Of a DNA stretch of 64,000 bases, positions 49,382 through 59,340 are shown one piece after another. The stretch comes from an uncultured Planctomycetaceae bacterium. GTDB taxonomy: Bacteria; Planctomycetota; Planctomycetia; Pirellulales; PALSA-1355. Within the stretch, counting starts at the first letter, position 1; each line of letters opens with the position of its first letter. The translations under genes were made by a program, and so were the position numbers. The stretch covers positions 5,252 through 69,251 of the forward strand of contig CALFYT010000119.1 in the NCBI GenBank assembly GCA_937952415.1, read 5' to 3'. The notes under the pieces were generated by a model that saw only the letters and a program-made list of their open reading frames with translations, had not been told where the DNA came from and searched no databases.

Positions 49382-51454
49382 TTAACCCCGCTTCGGCTTC
49401 GGCAGCCGCCCACCGCGACCACGCCCTCTGCGACGTTTCGATCCCGAGCTGCCGGCGCGGCGCGCGTCGACGTCGGCGACTTTGCTGCCGATCGACTCGC
49501 GCATCCGTTCGATGCGGTCCCGAATGCTGGCAGCCCGCTCGAATTCCAGCCCCTCGGCCGCGGCCATCATCTCGGCCTCGAGTTCGGCTAGGTACTCTTC
49601 GGTGATGTATTGGGCCTCGTCGTCCCGGCCGACCGCGGCATTTGCCTGTGCGTGGGCGGCGGCTTCCGCCTCGATGCCGGCGCGAATCGTCTTGCGAATC
49701 GTCTCGGGCGTGATGCCGTGCTCTCGGTTGTAGCTCTCTTGCAAGGCCCGCCTCCGCTCGGTCTCGTCGATCGCCCGCTGCATCGACTCGGTCACCGCGT
49801 CGGCATAGAGCAGCACCTTGGCGTTGACGTTGCGGGCCGCGCGTCCGATGGTCTGCATGAGCGATGTCTCGCTGCGCAAAAAGCCTTCCTTGTCAGCGTC
49901 GAGAATGGCCACCATCGACACTTCCGGCAGGTCGAGCCCCTCGCGCAGCAGGTTCACACCGACCAGCGCTTCGAACCGGCCCTCGCGCAACTCGCGCAGT
50001 AGCTCGACCCGCTCGAAGGCGTCGAGCTCGCTGTGCAGCCATTTGCAGCGGACGCCTTTCTCCGACAAGTACGACGAAAGATCCTCGGCCAGCCGTTTCG
50101 TCAACGTGGTCACCAGCACGCGCTCGCCGACCGCCGCGCGACTGCGAATCTGCTCCAGCAAGTGCGGCACTTGCGTTCGCGCCGGGCTCACTTCAATCAC
50201 CGGATCCAATAGCCCGGTTGGGCGAATCACTTGCTCGACAAACTCCCCGCCGGTTTTTTCCAACTCGTACGGGCCCGGCGTCGCCGAAACGTAAATCACC
50301 TGGTTGATCTTCTGCTCCCACTCGTCGAACTTCAGCGGGCGATTGTCCAGCGCGCTGGGCAATCGAAATCCGTGCTCGACCAGCGTGCTCTTGCGGCTGA
50401 AGTCGCCGGCAAACATCCCCCGCACCTGCGGCACCGTCGCGTGCGATTCGTCAACGAATAGCAGGTAGTCCGGCGGAAAGAAGTTGAACAGCGTCTGCGG
50501 CGTCGCGCCGGGCGGGCGACCCGACAGCGGACGACTGTAGTTCTCGATGCCCGGACAAAACCCAACTTCCTTCATCATCTCGATGTCAAAGCGGGTGCGC
50601 GCGTTGAGCCGCTGGGCTTCGAGCAGCTTGCCCGCGTTCTTGAGCTGCTCGAGCCTCTCGTCCAACTCTTGCTTGATCGAGTCGATCGCCGCGGCGATCC
50701 GCTCCTCGGGCATCACAAAGTGCTTGGCCGGATAGATGAACAGCTCCTGCTCTTGCTGAATCACTTCGCCACTGGTCGGATTGATGATCGACAACTGCTC
50801 CACTTCATCGCCCCAAAACTCGACGCGCAGCGCGAATTCCTCGTAACTGGGCCAGATTTCGACGCAATCGCCGCGTACGCGAAACTTGGAGCGGGCAAAC
50901 TCGACGTCGTTCCGTTCGTACTGCACGTCGACCAACTTCGACAACATGTGGTCGCGATCGACCGTCATTCCGCGGCGCAGGTTGATCATCATCGCCTTGT
51001 AATCTTCCGGCGAACCCAAGCCGTAGATCGAAGAGACGCTGGCCACGATGATCACGTCGCGGCGGCTGACCAGCGCGCTGGTGGTGGCCAGCCGCAGCCG
51101 GTCGATCTCCTGATTGATCGAGGCGTCTTTTTCAATGTAGATGTCGCGCTGCGGAATGTACGCTTCCGGCTGGTAGTAGTCGTAGTAGCTGACGAAGTAA
51201 TGCACCGCGTTGTGCGGGAAGAACTCTTTGAACTCCGCATAGAGCTGAGCCGCGAGCGTCTTGTTGTGCGAAAGCACCAGCGTCGGACGCTGCATCGCCT
51301 GGATCACGTTGGCCATCGTGAACGTCTTGCCGGAGCCAGTAACGCCCATTAGGACCTGGTCGCGGCGACTCTCGCGCAATCCGTCGACCAGCGTGGCAAT
51401 GGCTTGCGGCTGATCACCAGCCGGCTCGAACGAACTGACAAGTTGAAACGACAC
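49382..51454 (-). CDS. uvrB: excinuclease ABC subunit B
   Basis: 690 aa. GVTGSGKT Walker A, helicase motifs, beta-hairpin region and a C-terminal UVR domain ([24 protein letters not shown]). Confidence 0.97.
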   Translation of the reverse strand: MSFQLVSSFEPAGDQPQAIATLVDGLRESRRDQVLMGVTGSGKTFTMANVIQAMQRPTLVLSHNKTLAAQLYAEFKEFFPHNAVHYFVSYYDYYQPEAYIPQRDIYIEKDASINQEIDRLRLATTSALVSRRDVIIVASVSSIYGLGSPEDYKAMMINLRRGMTVDRDHMLSKLVDVQYERNDVEFARSKFRVRGDCVEIWPSYEEFALRVEFWGDEVEQLSIINPTSGEVIQQEQELFIYPAKHFVMPEERIAAAIDSIKQELDERLEQLKNAGKLLEAQRLNARTRFDIEMMKEVGFCPGIENYSRPLSGRPPGATPQTLFNFFPPDYLLFVDESHATVPQVRGMFAGDFSRKSTLVEHGFRLPSALDNRPLKFDEWEQKINQVIYVSATPGPYELEKTGGEFVEQVIRPTGLLDPVIEVSPARTQVPHLLEQIRSRAAVGERVLVTTLTKRLAEDLSSYLSEKGVRCKWLHSELDAFERVELLRELREGRFEALVGVNLLREGLDLPEVSMVAILDADKEGFLRSETSLMQTIGRAARNVNAKVLLYADAVTESMQRAIDETERRRALQESYNREHGITPETIRKTIRAGIEAEAAAHAQANAAVGRDDEAQYITEEYLAELEAEMMAAAEGLEFERAASIRDRIERMRESIGSKVADVDARRAGSSGSKRRRGRGRGGRLPKPKRG

Positions 51455-51573
51455 GGTGGTGCTTTCTGGGCAGGTGAAAGGAAGTGTGACGCGACGCCGC
51501 TAACACCTGCTTGGCGGCGCATGCCATTCAGAAGAATACGCGATGCGCGTCCGCGCGGCCACCGCCCGCCGTG

Positions 51574-52056
51574 CTACGGTCCTCCGCCAGCCACGTTGCC
51601 GGCGGCCGGAATGGGCCGCAGGTAGGGCCGGATGCGCTGAAGGGTCTTCGGGCCGATTCCCCGAACTCGGCGCAACTGCTCGGCGTCGGCGAAATCTCCC
51701 TCCGCTTGGCGCGACTCGACGATCCGCCGAGCCAATGTCTCGCCGATGCCCGGCAACAGCGAGAATTCGGGCCAGTCGGCCTGGTTGATGTCGACACGAA
51801 ACTCGGCCGGTTGCGCCGGCGCACGGTCGATCTCGATCAGCCGACCGGTAGCGCCGCCGTTTGCCAGCCACCAGGTCGCGATGCTGACCAGCGCGAACAG
51901 GCAAAGCGCGCCCACGGCCGCCTGGTCCATCCGCCGCAACAGCGGACGCGACGCATCACGCTCAGGTTGAGAATCACGATCGCTCACGTGTTCGTTCACA
52001 CTTGGCGCTAGTCGACCGGCCGCGACATGCGGGCCCTGTTCGTGCGAGTTCGGCAC
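51574..52056 (-). CDS. comEA: ComEA family DNA-binding protein
   Basis: One TM span, then a helix-hairpin-helix region INQADWPEFSLLPGIGETLARRIVESRQAEGDFADAEQLRRVRGIGPKTLQRIRPYL. The start within the ORF is uncertain. Confidence 0.8.
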   Translation of the reverse strand: MPNSHEQGPHVAAGRLAPSVNEHVSDRDSQPERDASRPLLRRMDQAAVGALCLFALVSIATWWLANGGATGRLIEIDRAPAQPAEFRVDINQADWPEFSLLPGIGETLARRIVESRQAEGDFADAEQLRRVRGIGPKTLQRIRPYLRPIPAAGNVAGGGP

Positions 52057-52107
52057 CTGCTATTATGAATCAATGCAATCGAACGCGACACGCCCGAAGC
52101 AGCGCTT

Positions 52108-53046
52108 GTGAGCAAAGAATTTCAACAGATCGAGTGGGACGAACGGCTCGAAGAAGACTGCCGGCAGATCGTGCGTCTGGCGATACGCGAGGATCTGAGC
52201 CGCACGTTCGACTGGACGACGCTGGCGCTGGTGCCAAGCGGCGTTTCGGCCGAAGCGGCGATCGTCGCCCGCCAGCCGGGCACCGTGGCGGGAATGCGCG
52301 CGATCGAATTGGCGTTGTCCGAAATGGACGTTACGGTCCGGCTTGGCGAAGCCGCGGCCGACGGCAGCCGCGCGTCGGCCGGCCAAATTCTGGGCGTGCT
52401 GTTCGGATCGGCCCGAAGCCTGCTCACGGCCGAACGGATTTTGCTCAACCTGCTAGGGAGACTGTCGGGCATCGCCACGCTCACGCGCGCCTATGTTGAC
52501 GCGGTGTCCGGCACGCATGCCCGAATCTACGATACCCGCAAGACGACGCCCGGCTGGCGACGCTTGGAAAAGTATGCCGTGCGCTGCGGCGGCGGACACA
52601 ACCATCGGCTGGGACTCTACGACGCCATCCTGATCAAGGACAACCACCTGGCGTTCGACGCAAGCCACACCGGTACCGCAGCGCCTTCGACCGCCGAAGC
52701 CGTGCGGCGGGCGCGCGAGTTCGTTCGTTCGATGGCCGATTCTGGCTCACCGGGCGACATGATTGTCGAGGTCGAAGTCGACACCATTGAGCAGCTCGAT
52801 CAGGTCTTGCCCGCCGGGCCGGACATCGTGCTCTTGGACAATATGACGCACGACGAACTGCGCCGCGCCGTGGCACGACGCGATGCGCAAGCACGTCAGG
52901 TCGAGCTGGAAGCCTCCGGCGGTGTGAACCTGGACACGGTCTCGGCAATCGCGGCCACGGGCGTCGATCGGATCAGCGTTGGAGCGTTGACGCACTCGGC
53001 AGCGGCCCTCGACGTGGCGCTCGACTGGCGCCCGGCGCGCCGTTAG
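52108..53046 (+). CDS. nadC: nicotinate-nucleotide pyrophosphorylase (carboxylating)
   Basis: 312 aa with a GTG start. DTRKTTPGWRRLEKYAVRCGGGHNHR, ILIKDNH and VEASGGV are QPRTase blocks. Confidence 0.92.
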   Translation: MSKEFQQIEWDERLEEDCRQIVRLAIREDLSRTFDWTTLALVPSGVSAEAAIVARQPGTVAGMRAIELALSEMDVTVRLGEAAADGSRASAGQILGVLFGSARSLLTAERILLNLLGRLSGIATLTRAYVDAVSGTHARIYDTRKTTPGWRRLEKYAVRCGGGHNHRLGLYDAILIKDNHLAFDASHTGTAAPSTAEAVRRAREFVRSMADSGSPGDMIVEVEVDTIEQLDQVLPAGPDIVLLDNMTHDELRRAVARRDAQARQVELEASGGVNLDTVSAIAATGVDRISVGALTHSAAALDVALDWRPARR

Positions 53047-53392
53047 CCCGCGGCGCCACTGGCCAATCGAAGCACCACAGGGTGCATAATCGCTACGACC
53101 CTGCCGTGACGATCTCCCGCGACGACCAGTCGTGCCAGGATGAAGCTCCGCGGTCGGCGCAATCGAATTGACGTGCAGCCCGTGCGGCCTACGGTTTGTT
53201 AGCGCAGCGTGCCCGTGCCGGTGGGATGCACGTGCGCGACGAACGGCAGGCGCAACCGCAGATTGCGGGGCGCACTGACGTGGGCAGACGCCTGCTGCTC
53301 CCCGCGCGCGACGCGCCCACCCGACTGCCCCACGCCAGACCGTCCCGCCGCTTGCCCTGCGCGGTTTTTCACACCTTCAATGCCCCTGGGAT

Positions 53393-53986
53393 ATGCGTGC
53401 CGCCATGCCCGCCAAACGCCGCACATTGCGCCGCGCTTTCACGCTGATCGAAGCCATGGTCTCTTCGGCGATCACGGTGGTCGCCGGCAGCGCGGTTCTG
53501 TTGGGGATTGCCAGTTCGATCAAAACGACCGACGACGTGCTCGCCCGAACACAAGCGGGCGGCATCGCCGCCATCTTGATGGACGAAATCGCAGGCCAGA
53601 TGTACTGCTCCGATCCCCAAAATCCGTATCAATATCCGCTGGGCGCGTTCGGCGGCGATCGCGATGACTACGACGACATCGACGACTATGAAGGCTACTC
53701 GTCGCAGCCGCCGCACGACCGGTACGGTTTTCCGCTCGGCACCGAGGACGGGGAGGGGGGCCAACGCGATCCGAACTTTCGCGTCCCCGCGAACCAGTTT
53801 GCGAGTTGGGAGCAAACTGTTTCGGTTTACTACGTCGACGCGGCCGATCCCTCGCAACCGTTGCCGGCCGGTTGGACCAGCGGCTATCGGGCCGTCGAGA
53901 TCCATGTCAACTACAAGGACGCCTCGCAGGCCACCCGACCGCTGGCCGAGTTCAGGCGCGTGTTTTGCTATGTGCCGATTCAATAA
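53393..53986 (+). CDS. minor pseudopilin-like protein with class III (prepilin-type) signal
   Basis: 197 aa. RRAFTLIEAMVSSAITVVAGSAVLLGI lies after a basic leader, and the body has an acidic D/Y-rich insert. First gene of the operon. Alternative ATG at 53405. Confidence 0.78.
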   Translation: MRAAMPAKRRTLRRAFTLIEAMVSSAITVVAGSAVLLGIASSIKTTDDVLARTQAGGIAAILMDEIAGQMYCSDPQNPYQYPLGAFGGDRDDYDDIDDYEGYSSQPPHDRYGFPLGTEDGEGGQRDPNFRVPANQFASWEQTVSVYYVDAADPSQPLPAGWTSGYRAVEIHVNYKDASQATRPLAEFRRVFCYVPIQ

Positions 53987-54779
53987 CCCGCCCAGCCGCC
54001 GTACTACGCGCCGGGCGGTCACGTTGGTCGAGATGCTGCTGGCCATGGCCGTCCTGGCCATGATGACCGTTGCGCTGGGCGCGCTGACCCAGGCAGTGCG
54101 CGTCTCGTCCGATTTGACGCACGGCACGTCGACTGCCACGCAACACGCGCGTGTCACGCTGCATCGAATCGAAACCGCCATCACCAACGCCTTTGCCAAC
54201 GAAGCGTTTCCCGGCGCCTTCGTCGTCGCCGACACGATTGGCACCTACGACTATCCCGACACGCTTATTGTCTGGCGCCCCGGCTCCGACCCGCAAAACC
54301 CCGACGGGCTGCCGCGGTTCGACGAGATCGTCGTGTTTTGCACGAACCCCAACGCCCCCAATGAACTGCTCGAAATCACCGCGCCGGGCGATTCGCGCAC
54401 GGTTCCGGAGATCTCGAACGTGGCTGCGTGGAACTCGGAGTTGGCAACGCTCAAGACGGGACCAGCTAGCCAGAAGGCGCTGCTGACCGACCTGGTGCGA
54501 ACAGCCGCGCCGAGCGGCAATCTGGCCACGTCGCGCGGCGCCGTTCGCTTCGCTGTGAGTCTGTGCCCGAGCGACCAGGACTGGGCCGACTACCGAGCCG
54601 GCAACATCGCGTTTGCTGACGTGCCCTGGGCCCAGACGGTTTACGGACGCGAGAGCGGACTGCGGCAAACGCGCGTCGCCACGGAGCTACAGCTTGTGGC
54701 GCGGCAAGGCAACACGTCCCTTGCCACGACGATTCCATTCTTCGGCTCGGCGGCCTTGTATTGGGAGCTGCGACCATGA
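53970..54779 (+). CDS. minor pseudopilin-like protein with class III signal
   Basis: ATG at 53970 in ORF 53664..54779, with a 17-nt overlap onto the previous gene. RRAVTLVEMLLAMAVLAMMTVALGAL. Confidence 0.74.
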   Translation: MCRFNNPPSRRTTRRAVTLVEMLLAMAVLAMMTVALGALTQAVRVSSDLTHGTSTATQHARVTLHRIETAITNAFANEAFPGAFVVADTIGTYDYPDTLIVWRPGSDPQNPDGLPRFDEIVVFCTNPNAPNELLEITAPGDSRTVPEISNVAAWNSELATLKTGPASQKALLTDLVRTAAPSGNLATSRGAVRFAVSLCPSDQDWADYRAGNIAFADVPWAQTVYGRESGLRQTRVATELQLVARQGNTSLATTIPFFGSAALYWELRP

Positions 54780-56587
54780 TCGCTGTGGTGCGAACAACTC
54801 GAATTCGCCCGTGCCTCCGACCGAGGCCCGGCGCCGCTGTACTCGTCGTGCTGGCGCTGGTTTCGGTAGCGCTGGCGATGTCGTACGCCGTTCTGCGCTC
54901 ACAAACCGTGGGCATGCAATTGCAAGCCAACAATAGTCGCGGCAGCCATGCCCGCCACGCCGCCTTGGCCGGGTTGAGCGTGGGCATGCGAAAGATGCGA
55001 CTAGATAGTTGGGCCGGGACCGGCTCGACAATCAACGCCTCGATCAGCAACACGGATTCGTACAGCGTGACATTTGTGCCCGGCGACACGGCGCTCGTGC
55101 CAGCCGACCCAGACTACGAATTAATCCCTTATCGCGTCACGATCGTGTCCACCGGCACGTCGGTCGACCCTTCGCAACCAACCGTGTTCTCGACCCACCA
55201 GGCCCAGGCCGTGATGCAGTTGGTTCCGCGCCAATTGGGTCCCGAGCCATCCAACTGGTCGACAATGCTCGACTTTACGCTGTATCAGCGCGAGGCGGAT
55301 AAGGTTGAACTGGCACTGCCGGTGCATATCGAAGGCCCGGTCCGGCTGCAAGGCGAAGTCGATGTTCATTCAGCCTATTCCTGGAGTAGTTCGCCCCGGT
55401 CGCGCTACTTTTCGGATCTGAACGCCATGCGCAATGGCGGCAACGAGGTGCAGCGAATATCGGCGGACGACGACGAGGGGTATTTCACGGTCACGTTCGA
55501 CGGTGAAACGACAGGCAACATCAGCGCAGATGCATCATCGTGGACCGTTCGCAATGCTTTGGAGAATCTGTCAACAATCGGAGACGACAATGTTGCCGTG
55601 AGCAAGTCGGGAGATTCCTGGACTGTTACGTTTAAGGGCGATTTGGCCGCGACCGACGTATCGACGTTAGTCGTTGACGACACGTCCGCCGAGGGCGACG
55701 TTACCGTCACAACGATCACCCAAGGCGCCCCCGGCACGCCAGACTATCGGCCGTTCACTGGGCCGCTCTACATTCCCACCATAAACTCCAGCGTGGAAAG
55801 CCTGACGCTGCTGGCCATCAACTCGGGAATCACGGTTATTGTCATCCCCGAAACCAGCACGCCCGCGCCCGCGTTATCCTCTAATTTGACCTACCGTTTG
55901 TACCCGGGCGGACCGCAATACAACGTCGCGACGTTACCGAGTGACGTGTCCAATACGACGCTCGCGGCCGACCCGGCGACCAATCCGTTGGGGCTGTACT
56001 ACAACGCCGGCAACGTCGACGTGCACGACAATGTGAGCATCGTCGGCACAATTATCGTTGGAAACACGCTGGACATCCACGGCACGAACGTGTCGATCGT
56101 TCCTCATGCGATGCGGCCGTTGGACGGCTCGTCTGCGGCCTTGCAGTTGCCCAGCGTTGTGACGCTGAACGAGCTGCACGTGCACAACGGAGCTGCAGCC
56201 ACCATCAACGGCACGCTGGTCGTTGGAAAGAAGCTTCTCGTCAAAAAGGGCACCGAATCGACGTCACTGGTAGTGACCGGCAATATGATTGTGGGCGAAA
56301 ACATCAGCGTCGAGAGTCGCGACGAGTGGGAATCGATTGGCAACAGTCTCTGGCAGAGCACGTATTCTTCGTTCCAGGGGCAGTTGCAGCAACCGAATGC
56401 GACGGCTCATTTTCCGGTGTGGGTGGCGTCGCAACTGGGCCGAAACTATGTACCGGCGATCACGATTCGCCCCGACACCGCCGCGCCCGACGTACACTGG
56501 CCGGACACGGCTAATCCGATCTACCAGGTAAAGTCCGGCGATTCCGGGCTGCACTGGGACCTCGTGCGATGGACCAACCGACTGTAA
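54776..56587 (+). CDS. large (603 aa) membrane-anchored protein in the GspK/PilX position
   Basis: ATG at 54776 (ATGA overlap). The N-terminal anchor GAAVLVVLALVSVALAMSYAVL resembles GspK/PilX N-termini, with no FTLxE motif. The long body is Thr/Val/Asn-rich and predicted beta-rich. Confidence 0.72.
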   Translation: MIAVVRTTRIRPCLRPRPGAAVLVVLALVSVALAMSYAVLRSQTVGMQLQANNSRGSHARHAALAGLSVGMRKMRLDSWAGTGSTINASISNTDSYSVTFVPGDTALVPADPDYELIPYRVTIVSTGTSVDPSQPTVFSTHQAQAVMQLVPRQLGPEPSNWSTMLDFTLYQREADKVELALPVHIEGPVRLQGEVDVHSAYSWSSSPRSRYFSDLNAMRNGGNEVQRISADDDEGYFTVTFDGETTGNISADASSWTVRNALENLSTIGDDNVAVSKSGDSWTVTFKGDLAATDVSTLVVDDTSAEGDVTVTTITQGAPGTPDYRPFTGPLYIPTINSSVESLTLLAINSGITVIVIPETSTPAPALSSNLTYRLYPGGPQYNVATLPSDVSNTTLAADPATNPLGLYYNAGNVDVHDNVSIVGTIIVGNTLDIHGTNVSIVPHAMRPLDGSSAALQLPSVVTLNELHVHNGAAATINGTLVVGKKLLVKKGTESTSLVVTGNMIVGENISVESRDEWESIGNSLWQSTYSSFQGQLQQPNATAHFPVWVASQLGRNYVPAITIRPDTAAPDVHWPDTANPIYQVKSGDSGLHWDLVRWTNRL

Positions 56588-56608
56588 CTCTGTTCTGGAG
56601 AATGTGTT

Positions 56609-56872
56609 ATGAACCGCAACGGAAGACTCCGCTGGACGCTGCTCTTGGCCGCCAATGCGGCACTTTGGTGCGTGCTAAGCTTGCAACAGAGCCACGGTGC
56701 GAACAACCAGCTCAATGCCAACAATCGTCTCAACGCGAACGACGCCGCGATCGCCGCCCAGCAACGCGCGGAGATCATTACCCAACTGCAGGAAATCAAA
56801 ACGGGCATCAACATTCTGGTGCAGTATCGCCGCAACGAGGCGCTGCCGTCTGCCTTTCCGCTGCAGAAATAG
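56609..56872 (+). CDS. small secreted/anchored coiled-coil protein (87 aa)
   Basis: GGAG lies 8 nt upstream of the ATG. Hydrophobic N-terminus WTLLLAANAALWCVL, then an Asn/Gln-rich helix. Confidence 0.5.
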   Translation: MNRNGRLRWTLLLAANAALWCVLSLQQSHGANNQLNANNRLNANDAAIAAQQRAEIITQLQEIKTGINILVQYRRNEALPSAFPLQK

Positions 56873-56879
56873 CCACGCC

Positions 56880-57467
56880 ATGTCCGCCACTCCCCGACGA
56901 CCGAACCATGCGTTCACGCTGCTGGAAGTTCTGATCGTTGTGGCGATTCTCGGCGTTCTGGCGGGGATCATCGTCCCGAGTTCGAATCCCGACACCTATG
57001 CCCGCCTTGAAGCGATGGCCGGGATCCTCGGCCGCAACATCGAGTATGCGCGCAACTTGGCGGTCACAAACTCGGACAATTACAAGATCACGTTCGACGT
57101 GCCGGGCAATCAATGGATCCTAACGCATTGCGGCTCGAATGCCGCGCTCGATGACTTGCCCATCACACCGTTTCACCTGGCCAGCGATCCGCCCGACCAG
57201 CAGATCGTCTTGCTTGATGAGATGTCACACGTCGCCGAGACCGTGCGGTTGCACGCGATTTGGGAGCTAACCACGCCGCCGGAAACAGTCGACGCCATCG
57301 AGTTCCACTCGCTCGGCGAAACGATGCGCACCGTGCCAACGTTGATCTGGCTAGCCTCCGGCACCGGAACGGGCACGCGTTACATCTCGGTGCGCGTCAG
57401 CCCGATCACCGGCGTGTATTGGATCGAGGGCTATCGGGCCACCGAACCAACAACCGCAACCTATTAG
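56880..57467 (+). CDS. pseudopilin (GspH/FimT-like) with class III signal
   Basis: ATG at 56880 in ORF 56697..57467. NHAFTLLEVLIVVAILGVLAGIIVP. Confidence 0.8.
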   Translation: MSATPRRPNHAFTLLEVLIVVAILGVLAGIIVPSSNPDTYARLEAMAGILGRNIEYARNLAVTNSDNYKITFDVPGNQWILTHCGSNAALDDLPITPFHLASDPPDQQIVLLDEMSHVAETVRLHAIWELTTPPETVDAIEFHSLGETMRTVPTLIWLASGTGTGTRYISVRVSPITGVYWIEGYRATEPTTATY

Positions 57468-57511
57468 CACGTCCCTCTTAGAACAGACAAGTCCCTGGCG
57501 AGAACCGCAAC

Positions 57512-58570
57512 ATGGTTCGTATGTTCGGCAAACATGCACACGGCCCGATTGGAATCGAGTTCACGGGTCGTGCCGTGCAGATGATTCAATTCACGGCGGA
57601 TCAGTCGCGCGTGATTGACTCGGTGCGCTGGGACCTGCCGCCCATACCGTCCGGCACAACGGATGATTCGCCCAACCACGCGCTCCACGAGGCGATCCAA
57701 CAAGCCTGCCAGGGGCGAAAGTTCCGCGGGCGGCAAGTCGTCGCTTGCTTGACCGCGAAGGAGCTCTTCGTCCAGAACGTCCGCGTCGCGAAAGGACCGG
57801 CCACGGAGTTGGAGGATCTGGTCCGCCAGGAGGCGGCATCGCGCTTGCCGTTTCCGGCCGACGAGGCCGACGTGCGATTCGTCTTGGCCGGCGAAGTGCG
57901 CCAGGGTGACCAACTTCGACGCGAGATTATCCTGATGGCCTGTCATCGTCCGGTTGTCGACCAGTTATTGCAGATGATCGACGCGCTGGGTTTTCGGGCC
58001 GTCGGGATCGACGTCGAGCCGGCGGCCATCCTCCGGGCCTATAGTCGACAGTTTCGCCGAGACGACGATTTGCAGCGTCGCGTGATGTTCGTGCGGATGG
58101 GTACCTTCAACACGGTCGTGGTCATTGCCCGCGGCACCGATGTCTTCTTCGCCAAATACATCAACATCGGCGGGCACCAGATGGACAGCGCGGTGGCCGA
58201 ACATCTGAACATCTCGCACGACGAAGCAACCACACTGCGGTGGACCAACGGCGATCGTCGTGCCGATCAGCAAGATCCGGAAATCGCCGCGAGCATTGCC
58301 GAAGCGACACGCGGCGTCATCGAACGCTTGATCAGCGAGCTGTCGATGTGCGTTCGCTATCACAGCGTGACTTTCCGCGGCCAGAAGATCGACCGGGTCG
58401 TGGTCGGCGGTCCGGACGCCAACCAGGAACTGGCGAATACGCTGGCAACGCGACTGGAAATCAACTGCGATTTAGGCGATCCACTACGCAGCTTCGAAGC
58501 ACCGCTACCGGCCCGTCGATCGCGCTGGGACGTAACGGCGGGGCTGGCCCTGCACGACGGGGGTCGATAA
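57512..58570 (+). CDS. pilM: type IV pilus assembly protein PilM-like (actin-like ATPase fold)
   Basis: 352 aa. GIEFTGRAVQMIQF..., VEPAAILRAY, NIGGHQMDSAVAEHL and VVVGGPDAN follow the PilM pattern. Confidence 0.85.
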   Translation: MVRMFGKHAHGPIGIEFTGRAVQMIQFTADQSRVIDSVRWDLPPIPSGTTDDSPNHALHEAIQQACQGRKFRGRQVVACLTAKELFVQNVRVAKGPATELEDLVRQEAASRLPFPADEADVRFVLAGEVRQGDQLRREIILMACHRPVVDQLLQMIDALGFRAVGIDVEPAAILRAYSRQFRRDDDLQRRVMFVRMGTFNTVVVIARGTDVFFAKYINIGGHQMDSAVAEHLNISHDEATTLRWTNGDRRADQQDPEIAASIAEATRGVIERLISELSMCVRYHSVTFRGQKIDRVVVGGPDANQELANTLATRLEINCDLGDPLRSFEAPLPARRSRWDVTAGLALHDGGR

Positions 58571-58582
58571 GGAATCCGGCAC

Positions 58583-59338
58583 GTGGCTACCGAACTGAAA
58601 ACACTCGTCGAGCTCGATTTTCTACCGGCTTCGTACTGCCGGCGGAGAATGCTGCGCCGTGCTTACGCTTGGCGTTTTGTTGCGGCGCTCGGCATGTGCG
58701 GTTTTCTCGGCGCTACGAGCCTCTGGCTGAACAAACATCATGAGGGTGTTCTGGCCAAGTTGGCTGCCGTCGAATCCCAGTTTGCCGACGCGGCCGAGAA
58801 AGAAGCCCGACTGGCCGAAGTCACCGGGGAGCTGCAGGCAGAACTCAAGACGGCCGAGCTGTTGACCTATCTGCGGCACCGATGGCCTCGGTCACGAATT
58901 GTCGATGCAATTCTCGAACCGCTGCCGGAAAACGTCATCCTGACCGAACTGAAGATCGGACACGAACCAATCCAGGCTGCGGAAACGTCGACGATCACGC
59001 TGCTCGAAACCGAGTCCGAACCAGTCGATCGACCGTCGCGCCGCTCGGCGGATCTCAAGCGACTCCTGCAGGAAAGTTCCCGCCAGCAGCACTTCGTGAT
59101 GTTGACGGGCCAATCGACTGACGCAGCCACGTTGCACGAGTACCTGGCACGTCTGGGAACGAATCCGTTGTTCTCGAGTGTCGACTTGGGGCTGCTCGAG
59201 AACGCGCCCAACGCCAGCGGCGCCAGCGGCGCGATGACGCCAACGCGGTTCACCGCCCGTGCCAAGGTCTGCCCTGGCCACGGCCAAATCATCAGCGCCC
59301 CGCAGTCAACGGAGCCGCTGGCACAGCGAGGAGAATAG
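58583..59338 (+). CDS. PilN-like bitopic inner-membrane protein
   Basis: GTG start. LDFLPASY (compare INLLPxR), then a TM span (FVAALGMCGFLGATSLW), a coiled coil and a periplasmic domain. Positioned after pilM. Confidence 0.68.
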   Translation: MATELKTLVELDFLPASYCRRRMLRRAYAWRFVAALGMCGFLGATSLWLNKHHEGVLAKLAAVESQFADAAEKEARLAEVTGELQAELKTAELLTYLRHRWPRSRIVDAILEPLPENVILTELKIGHEPIQAAETSTITLLETESEPVDRPSRRSADLKRLLQESSRQQHFVMLTGQSTDAATLHEYLARLGTNPLFSSVDLGLLENAPNASGASGAMTPTRFTARAKVCPGHGQIISAPQSTEPLAQRGE

Positions 59339-59340
59339 CC

